NCBI GenBank assembly: GCA_963779865.1
Contig: CAVZZX010000004.1
Location: 42,661 to 106,660, forward strand
Direction of reading: 5' to 3'
Length of the DNA: 64,000 nucleotides
Source of the DNA: an uncultured Gammaproteobacteria bacterium
GTDB lineage: Bacteria; Pseudomonadota; Gammaproteobacteria; CAVZZX01
Shown: positions 31,157 to 40,183 of the stretch, piece by piece
How positions within the stretch are numbered: the stretch's first letter is position 1
Layout of the letters: each line of letters opens with the position of its first letter
Position numbers and translations under genes: made by a program
The notes under the pieces: model-generated
What the model was told of the DNA's origin: nothing
The model's input: the letters and a program-made list of their open reading frames with translations, nothing else
Database searches by the model: none

Positions 31157-32552
31157 CCCGCGAGTATTGCGCCTGCCGGGCAGCCGCGAGATGGGCGTCG
31201 AAGACCATGCAGATGTTTCGGATCAGCAGCTTGCCCGGGGGCAACACCTCGATCCGCCCGGGGGCCATGCGCAGCAGCCCATCGGCGGCCATCGCCCGCA
31301 GCGCCTCCAGTTCCCTGGCGAAGTAGCGCTCGAAAGCGATCCCGTGGGCCGCCTCGAGCGCGGCGAGGTCCAGACGGAAATGGCAGATCAGCCCGGTGAT
31401 CACGTCGCGCCGCAGGCGATCGTCCGCGCTCAGATCGACGCCACGGAACACGGCCAGCTCGCCGGCATCGATGCGGGCGTAATACTCCTCCAGGCCGCGC
31501 AGATTCTGGCTGTAGCTGGCGCCGACGCTGCCGATGGCAGTGACCCCCATCGCCACCAGATCGCAGTCCGCGTGGGTGGAGTAACCCTGAAAATTGCGAT
31601 ACAGCGTGCCCTCGCGTTGCGCCACCGCGAGCTCATCATCGGGCCGGGCGAAGTGGTCCATGCCGATGTAGACGTAGCCGGCGCCCGTAAGCCGCTCGAT
31701 GCTGTGCTGCAGGATGGCCAGCTTCTCCTCCGGCGGGGGCAGCTCGGCGGCGGCGATGCGCCGCTGGGGCTTGAAACGCTCCGGCAGGTGCGCGTAGTTG
31801 AACACCGAGATGCGATCGGGCCCCGCATCGACGATCTTGTCCAGCGTGGCCCCGAAGCGGGCGACGTTCTGGAACGGCAGGCCGTAGATCAGGTCCACGC
31901 TGATCGACTTGAAGCCCTCCGCGCGGGCCGCCTCCATCACCGAAAAGGTCTGCGCCTCGCTTTGTATCCGGTTCACCGCATGCTGCACCTGCGGGTCGAA
32001 ATCCTGCACGCCGAGGCTCATGCGGTTGAAGCCCAGTTCGCGCAGCACGGCGATGGTCTCGCCCTGTGCCTCGCGCGGGTCGATCTCGATCGAGTACTCG
32101 CCGCCGTCGTCCTCGCGCAGGCGAAAGTGGCGGCGCGTCACGGCCATGAGCTCGCGCATCTGCGCATGGCTGATGAAGGTCGGGGTGCCCCCGCCCCAGT
32201 GCAGCTGGTCGACGGCACGGGTGCGCTCGAACAGGGCCCCCTGCAGCTCGATCTCGCGGTGCAGCCGCGCCAGGTAGGGGGAGGCCCGCTCGCGGTGCTT
32301 GGTCACGACCTTGTTGCAGGCGCAGTAGAAACATACCGTGTCGCAGAACGGGATGTGGAAATACAGCGACAGCGGCCGCCCGGTGGCATTGCTCCGGGCG
32401 CAGCGCGTGCGGTAGTCGGCCGCCGTGAAGCCCTCGTGGAACTGCACGGCGGTCGGATAGGAGGTGTAGCGCGGACCGGCCGTGTCGTAGCGGCGGATCA
32501 GGGCGGAGTCGAACAGGGCCTCGGCCCCGGGGGTTGTCTGGCTGGTCTTCAT
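31149..32552 (-). CDS. hemN: Oxygen-independent coproporphyrinogen III oxidase
   Basis: GPRYTSYPTA, HIPFCDTVCFYCAC (radical SAM), GGGTPT, HFARP, RNFQGY. Confidence 0.96.
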   Translation of the reverse strand: MKTSQTTPGAEALFDSALIRRYDTAGPRYTSYPTAVQFHEGFTAADYRTRCARSNATGRPLSLYFHIPFCDTVCFYCACNKVVTKHRERASPYLARLHREIELQGALFERTRAVDQLHWGGGTPTFISHAQMRELMAVTRRHFRLREDDGGEYSIEIDPREAQGETIAVLRELGFNRMSLGVQDFDPQVQHAVNRIQSEAQTFSVMEAARAEGFKSISVDLIYGLPFQNVARFGATLDKIVDAGPDRISVFNYAHLPERFKPQRRIAAAELPPPEEKLAILQHSIERLTGAGYVYIGMDHFARPDDELAVAQREGTLYRNFQGYSTHADCDLVAMGVTAIGSVGASYSQNLRGLEEYYARIDAGELAVFRGVDLSADDRLRRDVITGLICHFRLDLAALEAAHGIAFERYFARELEALRAMAADGLLRMAPGRIEVLPPGKLLIRNICMVFDAHLAAARQAQYSRVI

Positions 32553-32559
32553 GGTGGCC

Positions 32560-32601
32560 AGCTTAGGCGCGATGCGGCCGCCGCGACATGACCGAGATCA
32601 A
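32560..32601 (-). promoter_or_regulatory. FNR/ANR box plus -10 element (class II promoter) of hemN
   Basis: TTGAT-CTCG-GTCAT (32601-32588), centred 29.5 nt upstream of TAAGCT (32565-32560), which places it at -41.5. Confidence 0.7.
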
Positions 32602-33569
32602 GCGGCCGCGCGATGCTCACACTCCGCGGCGAACTGCGCGTGGCAATCGCGCAACTGTTCGGCGGTGAGCAGGAACACGCCGCTGCCGCCGCGCTCGAAC
32701 TCCAGCCACAGGAAGGGCACCTCCGGAAACACGCTCTCCAGGGCCGCGTGACTGTTGCCGACCTCGATGATGCAGATCCCCCGCTCGTTGAGGTGCTCGG
32801 GGGCATCGCGCAGCATGCGCACCACCAGGTCAAGCCCGTCCTCGCCCGCGGCCAGCGCCATGGCCGGCTCGTGGCCATACTCGCGCGGCAGGGCCGCCAT
32901 CTCGGGGCGCCCCACATAGGGTGGATTGCTGACGATGATGTCGTAGCGTTCCCCGGACAGCGCGTCGAACAGGTCCGAGCGCCGCGCCCGAACCCGCCCG
33001 CCCAACTCGTAACGGGCGATGTTGTCGCGGGCCACGGCGAGGGCATCGTAGGAGAGATCGACGGCGTCGACCTGGGCCTCTTCCAGGGACAGGGCACAGG
33101 CCACGGCGATGCAGGCGCTGCCGGTACACAGATCGAGGATGCGCCTGACCGACTCCGGCTCGGCCCAGGGGGCGAACTGCTGCTCGATCAGCTCGGCGAT
33201 GGGCGACCGCGGGATGAGCACCCGCTCGTCGACATGGAATGCAAGGCCGGCGAACCACGCTTCCTGGGTCAGGTAGGGGGCGGGAATGCGCTCGACGGCG
33301 CGGCGCTCGAGCAACTCGAGGACCGCCCGCCGCTCGCTGGAGGTCAGGCGCGCGTCCAGGTAGGGCTCGGGCACGGCCGGAGCAAGATGCAGGGCATGCG
33401 CCACCAGGTACGCCGCCTCGTCGAAGGCGTTGTCGGTCCCGTGACCGAAGTGCAGGCCCGCGGCAAGGAAACGGCTGGTGCCCCAGCGCATCAGGTCGCG
33501 CACGGTGCGCAGCTCGGCGAGCGGCTCCGCGACAGCGGTACGCGACTCGGGGGTTTCGGAGGCGTTCAA
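32598..33569 (-). CDS. prmB: Ribosomal protein L3 glutamine methyltransferase
   Basis: [47 protein letters not shown] start. Confidence 0.95.
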   Translation of the reverse strand: MNASETPESRTAVAEPLAELRTVRDLMRWGTSRFLAAGLHFGHGTDNAFDEAAYLVAHALHLAPAVPEPYLDARLTSSERRAVLELLERRAVERIPAPYLTQEAWFAGLAFHVDERVLIPRSPIAELIEQQFAPWAEPESVRRILDLCTGSACIAVACALSLEEAQVDAVDLSYDALAVARDNIARYELGGRVRARRSDLFDALSGERYDIIVSNPPYVGRPEMAALPREYGHEPAMALAAGEDGLDLVVRMLRDAPEHLNERGICIIEVGNSHAALESVFPEVPFLWLEFERGGSGVFLLTAEQLRDCHAQFAAECEHRAAA

Positions 33570-33596
33570 GCGCTGGGTGTCCTCGCCAGTGGGTCG

Positions 33597-34328
33597 TCAG
33601 AAATCGTAGACCAGGGTGACCGCCGTGATGGTGTCGGTGTTCTTGGTAGCGGGCGGCACTTCGGTGTCATTGATCAGCTTGTAGGACAGCTTGGTGGCCA
33701 GATTGCCATAGACCCGCACCTTCAGCGAGGTCTCCGCCTCGGTGTGCGTGTTGGTGTCGCCGATCTCGCTGAAGGCCTTCTCGGCCAGCGCGCCCGTGCC
33801 GCTGAACTGCCACTGGTAGTCGCCGGCCACCCGGATGATGGCATCGCGCTGGCTACTGCCGTCGACGAACTTGGTCTGGCGGGCACCGACGCCCCCTTCC
33901 AGGTTCAGCTTCATGTGGTCCCACTCGAAGATGTGGCCATAGCCCACCGTCTCGGAGAGCCGGTGGTCGAAGCCGGCGAAGCGATCCTTGACATAGCGCA
34001 GGTTGAGCACCAGCAGATAGTCCGTCTCGCTCAGCTTGTAGTTCGAGCCGGCCTCGGCGACGAAGCGCTCGGCAGTCGTCCCGCCCGCGTCCGAGGCGAG
34101 CAGGTATTCGGTATGGAACCTGTGGCGCCATTTGCGCCGCTCGTTCACCGCGTTGAACTTGGCGTTCACCGTACTGGTGTCGGAATTGCCGCTGGTATTG
34201 ACGATGCCCAGCTCCGCCTCCGCATCCCAGCCAAGGTTGGGCGTCGACGAGGCGGGCTCCGCATGCGCTGCGGCGGCGGCAAACGAAAGGAACAGCGCGG
34301 CCGCAGCGGCCGTGGGTCGGTAGTGCAC
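33597..34328 (-). CDS. DUF481/YdiY-like outer-membrane beta-barrel
   Basis: GGAGG RBS before GTG at 34328; signal peptide, GNSDT, DRFAGF, C-terminal TLVYDF. Confidence 0.85.
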   Translation of the reverse strand: MHYRPTAAAAALFLSFAAAAAHAEPASSTPNLGWDAEAELGIVNTSGNSDTSTVNAKFNAVNERRKWRHRFHTEYLLASDAGGTTAERFVAEAGSNYKLSETDYLLVLNLRYVKDRFAGFDHRLSETVGYGHIFEWDHMKLNLEGGVGARQTKFVDGSSQRDAIIRVAGDYQWQFSGTGALAEKAFSEIGDTNTHTEAETSLKVRVYGNLATKLSYKLINDTEVPPATKNTDTITAVTLVYDF

Positions 34329-34430
34329 CCTGCCTCCGGTTGTTGGTTTGGTTTGAGAGCGGCGGGCACTATGAAAGCCCTTGCCGGGTTGCCCTGGCAA
34401 GGAACATGTTAACAGACTCCGGAAAAAGAC

Positions 34431-35531
34431 TCAGGCGGCGGCGAAGCGGCTCAATTGCACCGGCACACGGCGTGCGCCCCAGTGCCCCGGCGGCCCGTCG
34501 AACACGCCCGCGCAGCGGGTGCCGCAGCGGGTGCAGTGGCCATCGTGGGTGAGATTCCACGCGGAGAGCACGTACCAGTCACGGCCGATGAGGCGCGTAC
34601 CGCAGTGATGGCAGTAGGTGCTGCCGCCCTCGGGGTCGTGCACATTGCCCGTGTAGGCGTAGCGCACGCCGTTGCGCATCGCGATCGCGCGCGCCCGGGC
34701 CAGGGTGGCCGCCGGGGTGGGCGGCCGATCCAGCATCTTCCAGTCGGGATGGAAGGCGGTGAAATGCATGGGCACGTCCGGGCCGAGGTGTTCCACCACC
34801 CAGGCGCTCATGCGCTCGAGCTCGCCTTCCGAATCGTTCTCGCCGGGGATCAGCAGCGTGGTCAGCTCGAACCAGACCTGCGTCTCGTGCTTGAGGTACT
34901 CGAGCGTCTCGAGCACCGGCTGGAGCCGCCCGCCGGTGACCTTTTTGTAGAAGGCTTCCGTGAAGGCCTTCAGATCCACATTGGCCGCATCGATATGGCG
35001 GTAGAACTCGGCACGCGGGGCCGGTGTCACGTAGCCGGCGGTCACCGCGACGCTTTTGATGCCGCGCTCATGGCACGCCTGGGCCACATCGATGGCGTAC
35101 TCGTGAAAGATCACCGGATCGTTGTAGGTGAACGCGACGCAGCGGCAGTCCAGGGCCTCGGCGGCCCGCGCGATGGCCTCCGGCGTGGCGCGGTCGGCCA
35201 GGGTGTCGATCTCGCGCGACTTGCTGATGTCCCAGTTCTGGCAAAACTTGCAGGCGAGATTGCAGCCGGCCGTGCCGAAGGAGAGGACCGGCGTGCCCGG
35301 CAGGAAGTGGTTCAAGGGCTTCTTCTCGACTGGATCGACGCAGAAGCCGCTGGAGCGGCCGTGGGTGGTCAAAACCAGCGTGTCCCCCTGCCGCGCCCGG
35401 ACGAAACACAGCCCGCGCTGGCCGTCGCGCAGCTTGCAGAAGCGCGGGCACAGGTCGCACTGCAGGCGCCCGTCGTCCAGGGCGTGCCAATACCCCACCG
35501 GGACGGTGTAATCGTCGTGTTCCGTGCTCAT
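34431..35531 (-). CDS. amrS: AmmeMemoRadiSam system radical SAM enzyme
   Basis: QCDLCPRFC, DPVEKKPLNHFLPG, GCNLACKFCQN, C-terminal CHHC...CTRC. Start MSTEH at 35531. Confidence 0.92.
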   Translation of the reverse strand: MSTEHDDYTVPVGYWHALDDGRLQCDLCPRFCKLRDGQRGLCFVRARQGDTLVLTTHGRSSGFCVDPVEKKPLNHFLPGTPVLSFGTAGCNLACKFCQNWDISKSREIDTLADRATPEAIARAAEALDCRCVAFTYNDPVIFHEYAIDVAQACHERGIKSVAVTAGYVTPAPRAEFYRHIDAANVDLKAFTEAFYKKVTGGRLQPVLETLEYLKHETQVWFELTTLLIPGENDSEGELERMSAWVVEHLGPDVPMHFTAFHPDWKMLDRPPTPAATLARARAIAMRNGVRYAYTGNVHDPEGGSTYCHHCGTRLIGRDWYVLSAWNLTHDGHCTRCGTRCAGVFDGPPGHWGARRVPVQLSRFAAA

Positions 35532-35635
35532 GGTCTCGCTCACTGCGGCTGTCCCTACACACTGTCTTAGATGCCGGCGAACGCCCGATGATTCAAGGCG
35601 GCGACGCCGATCTTCACGGCACCTTTCAGCGGCGC

Positions 35636-35664
35636 TTGAAAGCGTGTCGGTGCGGGCATACGTT
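35636..35664 (+). promoter_or_regulatory. Putative sigma70 promoter of amrBA
   Basis: TTGAAA-17 nt-TACGTT. Confidence 0.5.
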
Positions 35665-35695
35665 GAGCAAAGACGGCAGTGAGAAGGGCTCATCC

Positions 35696-36505
35696 ATGAA
35701 CACGCACGGCAACACGCACGGCACGGTGCGTCCCCCGGCGGTGGCCGGGATGTTCTACCCCGGCGATGCCGCCGAGCTGCACCGCACCCTCACCGCGCTG
35801 CTGGCCGGCGTCCGGTGCCCGGCGGCGGCGCCGCCCAAGGCGATCATCGTGCCGCACGCGGGCTATGTGTATTCCGGACCGATTGCGGCACAGGCGTATG
35901 CGCGGCTGGCGCCGGCGCGCGGGCGGGTCCGCCGCGTCGTGCTGCTCGGGCCCTCGCACCGGGTGCCCTTCCATGGGCTGGCGACGAGCAGCGCCGAGGC
36001 CTTCGCCACCCCGCTGGGGACGATCCCACTCGACCGGAAGGCCATCGCCGAGCTGGCCAACCTGCCGCAGGTGAAGGAGCTGGATGCGGCACACGCCCTC
36101 GAGCACAGCCTGGAGGTCCACCTGCCCTTCCTGCAGGAGGTGCTCGGCGACTTCGCGCTGGTCCCGCTGGTGGTCGGCGACGCCGGTGCCGAGGAGGTCG
36201 CGCAAGTGCTCGAACGCCTGTGGGGCGGCGCCGAGACGCTGGTGGTGATCAGCTCGGACCTCAGCCACTATCACGACTCCGCCACCGCACGCGTGCTCGA
36301 TGCACGCACCCGCGAGGCCATCGAGCGTCTCGCCCCCGACGACATCGGCCAGGAACAGGCCTGTGGCCGGCACCCGGTGAACGGCCTGCTGCAGCTCGCA
36401 CGCCGCCACCGATTGCGGGTGGAGACGCTGGATCTGCGCAACTCGGGCGATACGGCGGGGCCTCGCGACCCGGTCGTCGGCTACGGCGCCTGGGCGTTCC
36501 ACTGA
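35696..36505 (+). CDS. amrB: AmmeMemoRadiSam protein B (MEMO1 family)
   Basis: RPPAVAGMFYP, PHAGYVYSG, LGPSH, EHSLEV, SSDLSHY, ACG, VGY. Confidence 0.92.
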   Translation: MNTHGNTHGTVRPPAVAGMFYPGDAAELHRTLTALLAGVRCPAAAPPKAIIVPHAGYVYSGPIAAQAYARLAPARGRVRRVVLLGPSHRVPFHGLATSSAEAFATPLGTIPLDRKAIAELANLPQVKELDAAHALEHSLEVHLPFLQEVLGDFALVPLVVGDAGAEEVAQVLERLWGGAETLVVISSDLSHYHDSATARVLDARTREAIERLAPDDIGQEQACGRHPVNGLLQLARRHRLRVETLDLRNSGDTAGPRDPVVGYGAWAFH

Positions 36506-36509
36506 GTCC

Positions 36510-37064
36510 GTGCTGAGTCCGGCCGATCGCCGCATGCTGCGAGAACTGGCGCAGGCCGCCATCGCGTACGGGCTGCGCCAGGGGGGCGCGCCGGAGGTCA
36601 CGCTGTGCGACCTCTCACCGCAGCTGCGGGCGCGGCGCGCCAGCTTCGTCACCCTGCTCCGGCACGGCGTCCTGCGCGGCTGCATGGGCGCCCTGGAGGC
36701 ACAGCTGCCGCTCGCTCGGGACGTCTCGCTGCATGCCTACGCGGCCGCCTTCGAGGACCCGCGCTTCCCGCCCCTGCGCCCGGAAGAGGCGGCGCAGCTG
36801 GCCATTCACATTTCGGTGCTGAACCCGGCCGAGCCGCTGGCCGCCGCCTCCGAAGCAGCCGCGCGGGCGGCGCTGCGCCCCGGCATCGACGGGCTGATCC
36901 TCGAAGAGCGCGGACGCCGCGCCACCTTCCTGCCCTCGGTGTGGAACTCGCTCGCCGAGCCGGCCGAGTTCCTGCAACAGCTCAAGCGCAAGGCGGGCCT
37001 CCCTGAGGATTACTGGTCCGAGACCCTGCAACTGCACCGCTACACGGTGGAAGAATTCGACTGA
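36510..37064 (+). CDS. amrA: AmmeMemoRadiSam protein A (AMMECR1 family)
   Basis: FVTL, LRGCMG, AAFEDPRF, ATFLPSVW, LKRKAG. Confidence 0.92.
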   Translation: MLSPADRRMLRELAQAAIAYGLRQGGAPEVTLCDLSPQLRARRASFVTLLRHGVLRGCMGALEAQLPLARDVSLHAYAAAFEDPRFPPLRPEEAAQLAIHISVLNPAEPLAAASEAAARAALRPGIDGLILEERGRRATFLPSVWNSLAEPAEFLQQLKRKAGLPEDYWSETLQLHRYTVEEFD

Positions 37065-37098
37065 GCCGCACGCGCCGATCGGGCGGCGTGCAGCGCCG

Positions 37099-37959
37099 CT
37101 ACGGCCGCCCGCCGGCGCGCCGACAGCGGCCCACCGAACCGGCCAGGCATTCGCGCCCATCCGCCCACAGGGCGTGGTCGAGGCGCACACTGCTGCCCCA
37201 GCGCACGCCGCCGAGTTCAGCGCCGGTGAGGTCGGCATAGGAGAAGTCGGCGCCGCTGACGTTGGCGCCCATGAGGTTCGCACCGCGCAGACTCGCGCCC
37301 TTCAAACGGGCCTGGCGCAGGTCGGCCTGGCGCAGGTCCGCCCCGCTCAGGCCGGCGTACTCGAGGCTGGCGCCGGCGAGCCGCGCCCCCGCCATGCGCG
37401 CGCCGGCCATGCGACTGCTGTCGAGGGTGGCGTTGCGCAGGTCCGCCCGCGCCAGGGCGCGCCCCTCCAGATTGCACTGGCTCCAGTCGACGCGCGGCGC
37501 GGGTGCCGCCCCGCAGTCGCGTCCGCCGCGCCCCGCCGAGGGCGTATAGCGCAAGGCCAGCAGCACCAAGCCCCCCGCAACCAGCAGCACCAGGACGGCG
37601 TGCACCAGCCCCTGGCGGGTCGGACGCGCATCGCCCGGGGCGGCCGCCTTGCGCTCCGGTGCCCGGTGGCGACGGCGGTCCTGGCCGCCGTAGACGGCGG
37701 GTTCGCCGCGGCGCTCATCGGCCCAGCGGCGCGCCGCGCGCAAGCGATCCTGCGCCTCCTCGTCGTCGGGCGCGGCCGACAAGACCTCCGGGATCAACTC
37801 GGGGACGGCCCGCACCGACCGCCACTGTTCGCCGTCCTCGCTGACCTCGTCGTCCAGGCCGATGCGGCCCAACACCAGGTACTGCTGGATTTGGCCCGTC
37901 GGGAACGGCCCTTCGACGCGGCCGTGATGGCGCAGATAACGTGGCTTGCGGCTGGCCAT
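37099..37959 (-). CDS. Membrane protein with a GYF_2-like N-terminus and C-terminal pentapeptide repeats
   Basis: Start MASRK at 37959; GPF...GRI...W motif, one transmembrane segment, A(D/N/R)LxxA repeats (about 37190-37460) flanked by Cys residues. Confidence 0.8.
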   Translation of the reverse strand: MASRKPRYLRHHGRVEGPFPTGQIQQYLVLGRIGLDDEVSEDGEQWRSVRAVPELIPEVLSAAPDDEEAQDRLRAARRWADERRGEPAVYGGQDRRRHRAPERKAAAPGDARPTRQGLVHAVLVLLVAGGLVLLALRYTPSAGRGGRDCGAAPAPRVDWSQCNLEGRALARADLRNATLDSSRMAGARMAGARLAGASLEYAGLSGADLRQADLRQARLKGASLRGANLMGANVSGADFSYADLTGAELGGVRWGSSVRLDHALWADGRECLAGSVGRCRRAGGRP

Positions 37960-38070
37960 GCCCCTCTCGCGAGTGCTTGTGAGCGTACGGCGTGCGCGCT
38001 TACGATCACCGTTCAGGGCATCATAGGCGAAGCGAAGCTTCGGTTTCCATCGACAGGAGATACACACGCG

Positions 38071-39267
38071 TTGGACGCCAATCGGATCAAGGGGAGTGCC
38101 CCGCCGGCACCCGCGGAGGCGCCTGCCGCGCGCACGCCCGTCGGCTGGGGCACCGGGGAGGTGCTCGAGGCGCTGGTCCTGGAACGGCGGCCGAATTCGG
38201 TGCTGCTGCGCGTCGGGGCGCTGCGCGCCGAAGCACGGACTTCGCTGCCGTTGCAGGCGGGCCAGCGACTGGCGCTACAGGTGGTGCGCAGCGGCACGGT
38301 GCCCGTCCTGCGGGCGCTGGACGCAGCGGCGGCATCGGCGACATCGGCGGCCGTGGAACGTGCCCTGCGCACCGCCCTGCCCCGCCAGGACGGGTATCCT
38401 CCCCTGCTGGTCCGGCTGGAGTCGGCCGCCCGTACGCTGCCGCAGGGGGCGCTCGGGCACGCCACCGAGCAGGCGCTGCGAAGGGTGCTCGATGCCCTGC
38501 CGCGCCGCGAGCAGGTCGCCACCGGCGACGGGCTGCGGCTCGCCCTGCTGCACAGCGGAGCCTTCCTCGAGCACCGGCTGTTTGCGGAAGGCGCCGCGGC
38601 CCTGGGTGGGGATCGGGGCGCCGACCTGGGCGCAGCCCTGCTGCGCCTGGCGGCGGCCCTGAAGGCGGGGATGCCGCCGCCGAGCTCGGCGGCGGGAGAA
38701 CCCCGCGACGCGGCCCCGCGGCCGCCGCTCCCGCCGCTGCTCAGCGACGCCCCCCAGCCCCAGGCGCGCCCTGCCTCGCCCGCGGGGCTGGACGACCTGC
38801 CGGGTTTCCTGCGCGGGCTGCTTCACCATGCCGAGGCCGCCGTGGCGCGCCTGCAACTGCATCAACTCGCCAATCTTGACAGCGCCGATGCAAAGGCGCC
38901 GCAGTGGCTCCTGGAGTTGCCGGTACGCACCGCCGAGGGCGCAGACCTGTTCCATTTGGCGATCCGTGAAGAAGAGACCCACAGCGCTGCCGCAAACGGG
39001 GACGCCGCCTGGCAGGTGGAACTCGCCTTCGATCTGGAAGGCCTCGGCCCGATCCAGGCGCGGGTGCGCCTGGCGGGCGGCACGGTGTCGGTGGGCTTCC
39101 ATGCCGAGCAGCCGGCCACCCTGCACCTGCTGGAGGCCCGGCTCGAACACTTCGGGGCCATGCTGCGCGAGCAGGGCTTGGAGGTCGGCCGCCTCGACTG
39201 TGGACCGGGAGGCGTACGCGGCTCCGCACGGCAGCGCGGGCAGCCGCTGGTGGACGAGCAGGCATGA
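38071..39267 (+). CDS. FliK-like flagellar hook-length control domain protein
   Basis: AGGAGA RBS before TTG at 38071; WLLELP, WQVELAFDLEGLGPIQARVRL, ends LVDEQA. Confidence 0.8.
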   Translation: MDANRIKGSAPPAPAEAPAARTPVGWGTGEVLEALVLERRPNSVLLRVGALRAEARTSLPLQAGQRLALQVVRSGTVPVLRALDAAAASATSAAVERALRTALPRQDGYPPLLVRLESAARTLPQGALGHATEQALRRVLDALPRREQVATGDGLRLALLHSGAFLEHRLFAEGAAALGGDRGADLGAALLRLAAALKAGMPPPSSAAGEPRDAAPRPPLPPLLSDAPQPQARPASPAGLDDLPGFLRGLLHHAEAAVARLQLHQLANLDSADAKAPQWLLELPVRTAEGADLFHLAIREEETHSAAANGDAAWQVELAFDLEGLGPIQARVRLAGGTVSVGFHAEQPATLHLLEARLEHFGAMLREQGLEVGRLDCGPGGVRGSARQRGQPLVDEQA

Positions 39268-39629
39268 GGCGCCGCAAGGAGGGGCACCAGAGCGCAGCGA
39301 GGCCGCTGGCGGTTGCCCTGCGCTATGACGGGCGGGGCGCGCCGCGGGTCACCGCCAAAGGGCACGCCGAGGTGGCGGAAAAAGTGCTCGAGATCGCGCG
39401 CGCCCATGGGGTGCCGCTGCACGAGGACCCCGAGCTGGTGGGCCTGCTCGCGCGACTGGACCTGGGCGAGGAGATCCCGCGCGAGCTCTACCTGGCGGTG
39501 GCCCAGGTGATCGCCTTCGCCTATACCCTCAAAGCCAGGGCCGCGGCGGCCGGCGCGGGGGACAGCACGCCGGCCGCCGGGGACGCCGCGCCGGGCAACG
39601 GCGACGAGGGGTCGGATCAGGCGCTCTGA
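39264..39629 (+). CDS. Stand-alone FlhB C-terminal (EscU/YscU/HrcU-type) protein
   Basis: AVALRYDG..APRVTAKG...VPLHEDPEL...EEIPRELYLAVAQVIAFAY; ATGA overlap with the FliK-like gene. Confidence 0.88.
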   Translation: MRRRKEGHQSAARPLAVALRYDGRGAPRVTAKGHAEVAEKVLEIARAHGVPLHEDPELVGLLARLDLGEEIPRELYLAVAQVIAFAYTLKARAAAAGAGDSTPAAGDAAPGNGDEGSDQAL

Positions 39630-40000
39630 TCGAGCCGGTGAAGCATGCCGATGAGCTCGGCCTCGCCCCGGCTCAGCCCGCAGATCTCGACGATTTCATC
39701 GGCGTTCGCCCCCTTGTGCACCAGCCGGATCGCCTGCTCGTACGGTTGGTTGGCCCCGTCGCTGAGGTCCAGACGATCCTGCCGTTCGGTGAGCTGGCGC
39801 TGGCGGCGTTCGATCTGGTGGACCCGCTCGCCGACCCCCACGGCGGCCGAGGTCAGGGCGCGAACGTCGCTGTGCAGCGCCTGGAGGCGGTGCAGCCGGT
39901 CCGCGACGCTGCTCTGCAGGCGCAACACCAGCAGCAGGGCGGCCGCCGCCAGCACGAGTGCCAGCGCCGCGAGGGCGATGAAGAGGTAAGGTGCGATCAT
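39617..40000 (-). CDS. DUF2802 protein
   Basis: N-terminal transmembrane segment, coiled coil, YEQAIRLVHKGA...CGLSRGEAELI. Confidence 0.88.
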   Translation of the reverse strand: MIAPYLFIALAALALVLAAAALLLVLRLQSSVADRLHRLQALHSDVRALTSAAVGVGERVHQIERRQRQLTERQDRLDLSDGANQPYEQAIRLVHKGANADEIVEICGLSRGEAELIGMLHRLDQSA

Positions 40001-40012
40001 GGCGCCGCCGGT

Positions 40013-40168
40013 TCAGGCATATTCATCGATGTGCGGCGGCTCGTCCGGGCGCGGCGCACCGGGCTCCGGCCGCTTGCGGCGCGGGGACTCGCGCCGTTGC
40101 TTGCGCTGGGGGACCGGTCGGGTCGGCCAGGCAGGGCCGGCCGGCGGCACGGGCTCGATATCCGCCAC
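40013..40168 (-). CDS. Unannotated 51-aa Pro/Arg-rich microprotein ending HIDEYA
   Basis: GTG...TGA open frame fills the cheW-DUF2802 gap on the operon strand: MADIEPVPPAGPAWPTRPVPQRKQRRESPRRKRPEPGAPRPDEPPHIDEYA. The RBS is weak. Confidence 0.55.
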   Translation of the reverse strand: MADIEPVPPAGPAWPTRPVPQRKQRRESPRRKRPEPGAPRPDEPPHIDEYA

Positions 40169-40183
40169 ACGATCACGGCGGCG

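Noticed and set aside
34378-34402. Hairpin CCTTGCC...GGCAAGG downstream of amrS
   Set aside because: It has no U-tract on either strand and there is not enough evidence for a terminator or an ncRNA.
37960-38070. Search for a sigma28 or sigma54 promoter before the FliK-like gene
   Set aside because: No match with correct spacing was found; there is only a short CGAAGCTTCG palindrome of doubtful significance.
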